From Flavobacteriaceae bacterium (GTDB taxonomy: Bacteria; Bacteroidota; Bacteroidia; Flavobacteriales; Flavobacteriaceae), in NCBI GenBank assembly GCA_965224465.1, contig OZ245049.1, positions 1,140,001 through 1,172,000 on the forward strand: a stretch of 32,000 nucleotides of DNA, given 5' to 3'. Below are positions 9,913-17,248 of the stretch, one piece after another. Position 1 is the stretch's first letter. Each line of letters begins with the position of its first letter. A program made the translations under genes and the position numbers. The notes beneath the pieces were generated by a model. That model saw nothing but the letters and a program-made list of their open reading frames with translations. It had not been told where the DNA came from and did no database searches.

Positions 9913-10413
9913 TCAGTTTACAGCCACCTCGCAAAATTTTATTAAATCAGCCTTAGTCATAGCACCCGCATAACGTTTTACTTCCTTTCCGTTCCTCACT
10001 AGAACAAATTGAGGCAATCCTTTTATATGGTATTTATCTACGATACTTCTATTAAAATCTGCATTCACTTTTAATACTTTCACCTTTTTTGATTCGGCTG
10101 CAAATTTATCGATTATAGAATCCATCATTACACAAGGGCCACACCATTCTGCCCAAAAATCTATCAGTACTAATCCCTCCTTTTCCAACAGGGTCTCTAT
10201 GTTCTCTCCTTCCAATTTCAACATCACCGAATCCTTATTACTCTTCATTATTTTTTTATAAATATATCTAACAGGTAAGGTGAATGCCGCAAAAATAGTG
10301 GATCCCATAAAGAGTATAAAAGCGAGGATATAATGAATAATCGTACCTGTATTTTTACTTTTTTTGAAATTTTCTTCCGCTTGATTTTGATAAGCTATTA
10401 TCTTTTCTATCAT
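9913..10413 (-). CDS. Membrane-anchored thioredoxin-family protein
   Basis: 166 aa. One N-terminal TM helix (IIHYILAFILFMGSTIFAAFTL) followed by a thioredoxin fold with the active site WAEWCGPC. Confidence 0.85.
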   Translation of the reverse strand: MIEKIIAYQNQAEENFKKSKNTGTIIHYILAFILFMGSTIFAAFTLPVRYIYKKIMKSNKDSVMLKLEGENIETLLEKEGLVLIDFWAEWCGPCVMMDSIIDKFAAESKKVKVLKVNADFNRSIVDKYHIKGLPQFVLVRNGKEVKRYAGAMTKADLIKFCEVAVN

Positions 10414-10488
10414 ATTTTATATGTTTTATAGACTCATTTAATACGTTTACTGAATTCAACTCATAAACGTCACTTTTTGGTTAAACAA

Positions 10489-10698
10489 TCATTGATTCAT
10501 TACAAATATAAGTTTTTGATAATAAACATTTTCCGAGTCCTCTTTATTTAATTTTTCTTTCACCAATTTTATCATCTATTCAGTTCGCATAAAAAAAGCA
10601 CCTCGTTTAGGTAAATATTGCCTAATAAGTCCAGATAAATTTTCATTAAAACCTCTTTCCCTTGAATGGTAAGGGTAGGCAACATAACATGCTGTTTC
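10489..10698 (-). pseudogene. 3' remnant of an IS30-family transposase gene
   Basis: Hand translation gives (TACYV)AYPYHSRERGFNENLSGLIRQYLPKRGAFFMRTE*MIKLVKEKLNKEDSENVYYQKLIFVMNQ*. PYxSxERGxNENxxGLIRQYxPK is the hallmark IS30 catalytic-E region. An in-frame TAG at 10576-10578 and the missing N-terminal two thirds mark it as a scar. Confidence 0.6.
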
Positions 10699-10699
10699 C

Positions 10700-11398
10700 C
10701 TACCAACCCCCTATGCGTATTCTTTCTTTTTGCTGCTCAATGGTATCTTCTGGAGAGGGAATAGCACTAGGATACAAAGGTTTTGGAAACCCGTTTTTCT
10801 TTCTGCGCTCATAATCTTGCTGACGATAATCGTCAAAAGCAGTCCCAGGTGGTAAAGGCCTATTTTTATCCATATACCATACATAAAAACTCCACACTTT
10901 ATAGGGTTCACTGCCATAAAAAGTATACAACAAATCTAATTTTCTTGGCTTAAAAGTATTTACAAACTTTAAATACTCAAAATCTGAATAACCTTCAATA
11001 TTACCTGTTACAGCGATTACAACTTTTAAATCTTTAAAATCTCCTTTCAGTGGAGGAAGAAAAAAAACATCTGGATAGGTAACCGTTCCTTCCAAACGAT
11101 TCAATTCAAAAATTTTATATTCTTTTTTTGCAAACAAACCGTAATACACCCCAAATAAGCCAAGTAAAATCAATAGAATGGTTACGACTACTTGTTGAAT
11201 CCCTTCTATTGGTATCATAAGCCATATAGCAATCACAATGGCTCCTATACCGAATTGCATATAAGAATTTAACCTATGATCATGCGTTTCGAAATAGATT
11301 TTATCATCAGCACGTTTTAACATTGCTTTATCTGATTTACTAACCAAACTCTTATCTATTTCTATCGGATCTTCTATAATTTGATGTGGTTGATACAT
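10700..11398 (-). CDS. Two-TM membrane protein, putative immunity paralog (copy 8; cassette type a-x)
   Basis: 232 aa, the last unit of the array. Its 3' flank runs directly into the IS30 remnant. Confidence 0.8.
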   Translation of the reverse strand: MYQPHQIIEDPIEIDKSLVSKSDKAMLKRADDKIYFETHDHRLNSYMQFGIGAIVIAIWLMIPIEGIQQVVVTILLILLGLFGVYYGLFAKKEYKIFELNRLEGTVTYPDVFFLPPLKGDFKDLKVVIAVTGNIEGYSDFEYLKFVNTFKPRKLDLLYTFYGSEPYKVWSFYVWYMDKNRPLPPGTAFDDYRQQDYERRKKNGFPKPLYPSAIPSPEDTIEQQKERIRIGGW

Positions 11399-11534
11399 TT
11401 TATTTCGTTCTATAAGATTCTAACATTTTAATACTATTTTCTGTAACAATTTTTGGCTTCTAAACTACTTGTCTCACACACACTTTAAAAACTGCAACTC
11501 TCCTATAAAAAAAACAACATAACATGCTGTTTCC

Positions 11535-12233
11535 CTACCAACCCCCTATGCGTATTCTTTCTTTTTGCTGCTCAATGGTATCTTCTGGAGAGGGAATAGC
11601 ACTAGGATACAAAGGTTTTGGAAACCCGTTTTTCTTTCTGCGCTCATAATCTTGCTGACGATAATCGTCAAAAGCAGTCCCAGGTGGTAAAGGCCTATTT
11701 TTATCCATATACCATACATAAAAACTCCACACTTTATAGGGTTCACTGCCATAAAAAGTATACAACAAATCTAATTTTCTTGGCTTAAAAGTATTTACAA
11801 ACTTTAAATACTCAAAATCTGAATAACCTTCAATATTACCTGTTACAGCGATTACAACTTTTAAATCTTTAAAATCTCCTTTCAGTGGAGGAAGAAAAAA
11901 AACATCTGGATAGGTAACCGTTCCTTCCAAACGATTCAATTCAAAAATTTTATAGTTCTTTTTTGCAGATAAACCGTAATAAATCCAAAATAATCCACCA
12001 ATTACTAATACTGTTGGTAATATTCTTTGAGATGGTATTTCTGAATAATAAAAAAGCCCTATTCCAAACACAATGGCTCCTATACCGAATTGCATATAAG
12101 AATTTAACCTATGATCATGCGTTTCGAAATAGATTTTATCATCAGCACGTTTTAACATTTCTTTATCTGATTTACTAACCAAACTCTTATCTATTTCTAT
12201 CGGATCTTCTATAATTTGATGTGGTTGATACAT
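11535..12233 (-). CDS. Two-TM membrane protein, putative immunity paralog (copy 7; cassette type a-y)
   Basis: 232 aa. The C-terminal 138 aa are identical to copy 8, but the TM hairpin cassette is the alternative y version. Confidence 0.8.
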   Translation of the reverse strand: MYQPHQIIEDPIEIDKSLVSKSDKEMLKRADDKIYFETHDHRLNSYMQFGIGAIVFGIGLFYYSEIPSQRILPTVLVIGGLFWIYYGLSAKKNYKIFELNRLEGTVTYPDVFFLPPLKGDFKDLKVVIAVTGNIEGYSDFEYLKFVNTFKPRKLDLLYTFYGSEPYKVWSFYVWYMDKNRPLPPGTAFDDYRQQDYERRKKNGFPKPLYPSAIPSPEDTIEQQKERIRIGGW

Positions 12234-12369
12234 TTTATTTCGTTCTATAAGATTCTAACATTTTAATACTATTTTCTGTAACAATTTTTGGCTTCTGCAT
12301 TGCTTCTAACACACACACTTTAAAAACTGCAACTCTCCTATTAAAAAAACAACATAACATGCTGTTTCC

Positions 12370-13068
12370 CTACCAACCCCCTATGCGTATTCTTTCTTTT
12401 TGCTGTTCAAGGGTATCTTCTGGAGTAGGAATAGCACTAGGATACAAAGGTTTTGGAAACCCGTTTTTCTTTCTGCGCTCATAATCTTGCTGACGATAAT
12501 CGTCAAAAGCAGTCCCCGGAGGTAAGGGCCTATTTTTATCCATATACCACACATAAAAACTCCACTCTTTATATGGATCACTGCCATAAAAAGTAAACAA
12601 CAAATCTAATTTTCTTGGCTTAAAAGTATTTACAAACTTTAAATACTCAAAATCTGAATAACCTTCAATACTACCTGTTACTGCGATTACAACTTTTAAA
12701 TCTTTAAAATCTCCTTTCAATGGAGGAAGAAAAAAAACATCTGGATAGGTAACCGTTCCTTCCAAACGATTCAATTCGAAAATTTTATATTCTTTTTTTG
12801 CAAACAAACCGTAATACACCCCAAATAAGCCAAGTAAAATCAATAGAATGGTTACGACTACTTGTTGAATCCCTTCTATTGGTATCATAAGCCATATAGC
12901 AATCACAATGGCTCCTATACCCCAGTAAATATTCGATTTCAAGAAAAAAGCAAAAGATCTAAAATAAATTTCATCATCTGCTCTATTCAAAGATTTTTTA
13001 TCTGATTTACGAACCAAACTCTTATCTATTTCTATCGGATCTTCTATAATTTGATGTGGTTGATACAT
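12370..13068 (-). CDS. Two-TM membrane protein, putative immunity paralog (copy 6; cassette type b-x)
   Basis: 232 aa. The 5' half matches copy 4, while the extreme 3' end (ERIRIGGW) matches copies 7 and 8. The copy is therefore itself a mosaic. Confidence 0.8.
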   Translation of the reverse strand: MYQPHQIIEDPIEIDKSLVRKSDKKSLNRADDEIYFRSFAFFLKSNIYWGIGAIVIAIWLMIPIEGIQQVVVTILLILLGLFGVYYGLFAKKEYKIFELNRLEGTVTYPDVFFLPPLKGDFKDLKVVIAVTGSIEGYSDFEYLKFVNTFKPRKLDLLFTFYGSDPYKEWSFYVWYMDKNRPLPPGTAFDDYRQQDYERRKKNGFPKPLYPSAIPTPEDTLEQQKERIRIGGW

Positions 13069-13205
13069 TTTATTTCGTTCTATAAGATTCTAACATTTTA
13101 ATACTATTTTCTGTAACAATTTTTGGCTTCTAAACTACTTGTCTCACACACACTTTAAAAGCTGCAACTCTCCTATTAAAAAAAACAACATAACATGCTG
13201 TTTCC

Positions 13206-13904
13206 CTACCAACCCCCAATACGTTTTCTTTCTTTTTGCTGTTCAATGGTATCTTCTGGAGTGGGAATAGCACTAGGATACAAAGGTTTTGGAAACCCGT
13301 TTTTCTTTCTGCGATCATAATCTTGCTGACGATAATCGTCAAAAGCAGTCCCCGGAGGTAAGGGCCTATTTTTATCCATATACCATACATAAAAACTCCA
13401 CACTTTATAGGGTTCACTGCCATAAAAAGTATACAACAAACCTAATTTTCTTGGCTTAAAAGTATTTACAAACTTTAAATACTCAAAATCTGAATAACCT
13501 TCAATATTACCTGTTACTGCGATTACAACTTTTAAATCTTTAAAATCTCCTTTCAGTGGAGGAAGAAAAAAAACATCTGGATAGGTAACCGTTCCTTCCA
13601 AACGATTCAATTCGAAAATTTTATATTCTTTTTTTGCAAACAAACCGTAATAAATCCAAAATAATCCACCAATTACTAATACTGTTGGTAATATTCTTTG
13701 AGATGGTATTTCTGAATAATAAAAAAGCCCTATCCCAAACACAATGGCTCCTATACCGAATTGCATATAAGAATTTAACCTATGATCATGCGTTTCGAAA
13801 TAGATTTTATCATCAGCACGTTTTAACATTGCTTTATCTGATTTACGAACCAAACTCTTATCTATTTCTATCGGATCTTCTATAATTTGATGTGGTTGAT
13901 ACAT
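13206..13904 (-). CDS. Two-TM membrane protein, putative immunity paralog (copy 5; cassette type a-y)
   Basis: 232 aa, with the same cassette pair as copies 3 and 7. Shares KLGLLY and DYDRRKK with copy 3. Confidence 0.8.
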   Translation of the reverse strand: MYQPHQIIEDPIEIDKSLVRKSDKAMLKRADDKIYFETHDHRLNSYMQFGIGAIVFGIGLFYYSEIPSQRILPTVLVIGGLFWIYYGLFAKKEYKIFELNRLEGTVTYPDVFFLPPLKGDFKDLKVVIAVTGNIEGYSDFEYLKFVNTFKPRKLGLLYTFYGSEPYKVWSFYVWYMDKNRPLPPGTAFDDYRQQDYDRRKKNGFPKPLYPSAIPTPEDTIEQQKERKRIGGW

Positions 13905-14041
13905 TTTATTTCGTCCTATAAGATGCTAACATTTTAATACTATTTTCTGTAACAATTTTTGGCTTCTAAACTACTTGTATCACACACACTTTAAAAACTG
14001 CAACTCTCCTATTAATAAAAACAACATAACATGCTGTTTCC

Positions 14042-14740
14042 CTACCAACCTCCAATACGTTTTCTTTCTTTTTGCTGCTCAATGGTATCTTCTGGAGTAG
14101 GAATAGCACTAGGATACAAAGGTTTTGGAAACCCGTTTTTCTTTCTGCGCTCATAATCTTGCTGACGATAATCGTCAAAAGCAGTCCCAGGTGGTAAAGG
14201 CCTATTTTTATCCATATACCATACATAAAAACTCCACACTTTATAGGGTTCACTGCCATAAAAAGTATACAACAAATCTAATTTTCTTGGCTTAAAAGTA
14301 TTTACAAACTTTAAATACTCAAAATCTGAATAACCTTCAATATTACCTGTTACTGCGATTACAACTTTTAAATCTTTAAAATCTCCTTTCAATGGAGGAA
14401 GAAAAAAAACATCTGGATAGGTAACCGTTCCTTCCAAACGATTCAATTCGAAAATTTTATATTCTTTTTTTGCAAACAAACCGTAATACACCCCAAATAA
14501 GCCAAGTAAAATCAATAGAATGGTTACGACTACTTGTTGAATCCCTTCTATTGGTATCATAAGCCATATAGCAATCACAATGGCTCCTATACCCCAGTAA
14601 ATATTCGATTTCAAGAAAAAAGCAAAAGATCTAAAATAAATTTCATCATCTGCTCTATTCAAAGATTTTTTATCTGATTTACGAACCAAACTCTTATCTA
14701 TTTCTATCGGATCTTCTATAATTTGATGTGGTTGATACAT
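14042..14740 (-). CDS. Two-TM membrane protein, putative immunity paralog (copy 4; cassette type b-x)
   Basis: 232 aa, with cassettes KSLNRADDEIYFRSFAFFLKSNIYW and IAIWLMIPIEGIQQVVVTILLILLGLFGVYYGL. The N-terminal 100 aa are identical to copy 6. Confidence 0.8.
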   Translation of the reverse strand: MYQPHQIIEDPIEIDKSLVRKSDKKSLNRADDEIYFRSFAFFLKSNIYWGIGAIVIAIWLMIPIEGIQQVVVTILLILLGLFGVYYGLFAKKEYKIFELNRLEGTVTYPDVFFLPPLKGDFKDLKVVIAVTGNIEGYSDFEYLKFVNTFKPRKLDLLYTFYGSEPYKVWSFYVWYMDKNRPLPPGTAFDDYRQQDYERRKKNGFPKPLYPSAIPTPEDTIEQQKERKRIGGW

Positions 14741-14877
14741 TTTATTTCGTTCTATAAGATTCTAACATTTTAATACTATTTTCTGTAACAATTTTTGGCT
14801 TCTAAACTACTTGTCTCACACACACTTTAAAAGCTGCAACTCTCCTATTAAAAAAAACAACATAACATGCTGTTTCC

Positions 14878-15576
14878 CTACCAACCCCCAATACGTTTTC
14901 TTTCTTTTTGCTGTTCAATGGTATCTTCTGGAGTGGGAATAGCACTAGGATACAAAGGTTTTGGAAACCCGTTTTTCTTTCTGCGATCATAATCTTGCTG
15001 ACGATAATCGTCAAAAGCAGTCCCCGGAGGTAAGGGCCTATTTTTATCCATATACCATACATAAAAACTCCACACTTTATAGGGTTCACTGCCATAAAAA
15101 GTATACAACAAACCTAATTTTATTGGCTTAAAAGTATTTACAAACTTTAAATACTCAAAATCTGAATAACCTTCAATATTACCTGTTACTGCGATTACAA
15201 CTTTTAAATCTTTAAAATCTCCTTTCAGTGGAGGAAGAAAAAAAACATCTGGATAGGTAACCGTTCCTTCCAAACGATTCAATTCAAAAATTTTATATTC
15301 CTTTTTTGCAGATAAACCGTAATAAATCCAAAATAATCCACCAATTACTAATACTGTTGGTAATATTCTTTGAGATGGTATTTCTGAATAATAAAAAAGC
15401 CCTATCCCAAACACAATGGCTCCTATACCGAATTGCATATAAGAATTTAACCTATGATCATGCGTTTCGAAATAGATTTTATCATCAGCACGTTTTAACA
15501 TTGCTTTATCTGATTTACTAACCAAACTCTTATCTATTTCTATCGGATCTTCTATAATTTGATGTGGTTGATACAT
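14878..15576 (-). CDS. Two-TM membrane protein, putative immunity paralog (copy 3; cassette type a-y)
   Basis: 232 aa, with cassettes AMLKRADDKIYFETHDHRLNSYMQF and FGIGLFYYSEIPSQRILPTVLVIGGLFWIYYGL. Shares the KLGLLY and DYDRRKK substitutions with copy 5. Confidence 0.8.
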   Translation of the reverse strand: MYQPHQIIEDPIEIDKSLVSKSDKAMLKRADDKIYFETHDHRLNSYMQFGIGAIVFGIGLFYYSEIPSQRILPTVLVIGGLFWIYYGLSAKKEYKIFELNRLEGTVTYPDVFFLPPLKGDFKDLKVVIAVTGNIEGYSDFEYLKFVNTFKPIKLGLLYTFYGSEPYKVWSFYVWYMDKNRPLPPGTAFDDYRQQDYDRRKKNGFPKPLYPSAIPTPEDTIEQQKERKRIGGW

Positions 15577-15713
15577 TTTATTTCGTTCTATAAGATTCTA
15601 ACATTTTAATACTATTTTCTGTAACAATTTTTGGTTTCTAAACTACTTGTATCACACACACTTTAAAAACTGCAACTCTCCTATTAATAAAAACAACATA
15701 ACATGCTGTTTCC

Positions 15714-16412
15714 CTACCAACCTCCAATACGTTTTCTTTCTTTTTGCTGCTCAATGGTATCTTCTGGAGTAGGAATAGCACTAGGATACAAAGGTTTTGG
15801 AAACCCGTTTTTCTTTCTGCGCTCATAATCTTGCTGACGATAATCGTCAAAAGCAGTCCCAGGTGGTAAAGGCCTATTTTTATCCATATACCATACATAA
15901 AAACTCCACACTTTATAGGGTTCACTGCCATAAAAAGTATACAACAAATCTAATTTTCTTGGCTTAAAAGTATTTACAAACTTTAAATACTCAAAATCTG
16001 AATAACCTTCAATATTACCTGTTACAGCGATTACAACTTTTAAATCTTTAAAATCTCCTTTCAATGGAGGAAGAAAAAAAACATCTGGATAGGTAACCGT
16101 TCCTTCCAAACGATTCAATTCAAAAATTTTATATTCTTTTTTTGCAAACAAACCGTAATACACCCCAAATAAGCCAAGTAAAATCAATAGAATGGTTACG
16201 ACTGCTTGTTGAATCTCTTCTATTGATACCATAAGCCATATAGCAAACACAATGGCTCCTATGCCGAATTTCATATAAGTATTCAGCCTATGACCATGCG
16301 TTTCAAAATAGATTTTATCATCAGCACGTTTTAACATTCCTTTATCTGATTTACTAACCAAACTCTTATCTATTTCTATCGGATCTTCTATAATTTGATG
16401 TGGTTGATACAT
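15714..16412 (-). CDS. Two-TM membrane protein, putative immunity paralog (copy 2; cassette type a-x, slightly diverged)
   Basis: 232 aa. Cassette 1 is GMLKRADDKIYFETHGHRLNTYMKF and cassette 2 is FAIWLMVSIEEIQQAVVTILLILLGLFGVYYGL. The C-terminal domain differs from copy 8 at 2 positions. Confidence 0.8.
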   Translation of the reverse strand: MYQPHQIIEDPIEIDKSLVSKSDKGMLKRADDKIYFETHGHRLNTYMKFGIGAIVFAIWLMVSIEEIQQAVVTILLILLGLFGVYYGLFAKKEYKIFELNRLEGTVTYPDVFFLPPLKGDFKDLKVVIAVTGNIEGYSDFEYLKFVNTFKPRKLDLLYTFYGSEPYKVWSFYVWYMDKNRPLPPGTAFDDYRQQDYERRKKNGFPKPLYPSAIPTPEDTIEQQKERKRIGGW

Positions 16413-16548
16413 TTTATTTCGTTCTATAAGATGCTAACATTTTAATACTATTTTCTGTAACAATTTTTGGCTTCTGCATTGCTTCTAACACACACACTTT
16501 AAAAACTGCAACTCTCCTATAAAAAAAACAACATAACATGCTGTTTCC

Positions 16549-17247
16549 CTACCAACCCCCTATGCGTTTTCTTTCTTTTTGCTGTTCAATGGTATCTTCT
16601 GGAGTAGGAATAGCACTAGGATACAAAGGTTTTGGAAACCCGTTTTTCTTTCTGCGCTCATAATCTTGCTGACGATAATCGTCAAAAGCAGTCCCAGGTG
16701 GTAAGGGCCTATTTTTATCCATATACCATACATAAAAACTCCACTCTTTATAGGGCTCACTGCCATAAAAAGTATACAACAAACCTAATTTTCTTGGCTT
16801 AAAAGTATTTACAAATTTTAAATACTCCCTATCTGAATAACCTTCAATACTACCTGTAACAGCGATTACAACTTTTAAATCTTTAAAATCTCCTTTCAAT
16901 GGAGGAAGAAAAAAAACATCTGGATAGGTAACCGTTCCTTCCAAACGATTCAATTCAAAAATCTTATAGTTCTTTTTTGCAAATAAACCGTAATAAATCC
17001 AAAACAATCCACCAATTACTAATACTGTTGGTAATATTCTTTGAGATGGTATTTCTGAATAATAAAAAAGCCCTATCCCAAACACAATGGCTCCTATGCC
17101 CCAATAAATATTCGATTTCAAGAAAAAAGCAAAAGATCTAAAATAAATTTCATCATCTGCTCTATTCAAAGATTCTTTATCTGATTTACGAACCAAACTC
17201 TTATCTATTTCTATCGGATCTTCTATAATTTGATGTGGTTGATACAT
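16549..17247 (-). CDS. Two-TM membrane protein, putative cognate immunity protein (array copy 1 of 8; cassette type b-y)
   Basis: 232 aa. The ATG lies 1 nt after the stop of the 1116-aa ORF (TAAaATG). No signal peptide. Two adjacent TM helices at about residues 50-88 and a conserved C-terminal domain of about 140 aa. Cassette 1 is SLNRADDEIYFRSFAFFLKSNIYW and cassette 2 is FGIGLFYYSEIPSQRILPTVLVIGGLFWIYYGL. Confidence 0.8.
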   Translation of the reverse strand: MYQPHQIIEDPIEIDKSLVRKSDKESLNRADDEIYFRSFAFFLKSNIYWGIGAIVFGIGLFYYSEIPSQRILPTVLVIGGLFWIYYGLFAKKNYKIFELNRLEGTVTYPDVFFLPPLKGDFKDLKVVIAVTGSIEGYSDREYLKFVNTFKPRKLGLLYTFYGSEPYKEWSFYVWYMDKNRPLPPGTAFDDYRQQDYERRKKNGFPKPLYPSAIPTPEDTIEQQKERKRIGGW

Positions 17248-17248
17248 T

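Noticed and set aside
11963-15521. ORFs of 71-83 aa on the plus strand (MQINRNKSKIIHQLLILLVIFF...) lie antisense to some copies.
   Set aside because: They are present only in copies carrying both the a-type cassette 1 and the y-type TM cassette (copies 3, 5 and 7). They are antisense and low-complexity, so they are artefacts of AT-rich antisense sequence.
10711-16766. ORFs of 68 and 97 aa on the minus strand (MAVNPIKCGVFMYGIWIKIG...) recur in every repeat unit.
   Set aside because: They lie in an alternative frame, fully or mostly inside the 232-aa genes, and recur only because the DNA is repeated. Their length varies with trivial spacer changes (68 versus 97 aa). They are shadow ORFs.
10700-17247. 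The regular repeat-spacer periodicity could suggest a CRISPR array.
   Set aside because: The period is about 836 bp. The repeats are 699-bp intact protein-coding genes and the spacers are near-identical to each other. None of this fits a CRISPR array, which has repeats of 25-40 bp and unique spacers.
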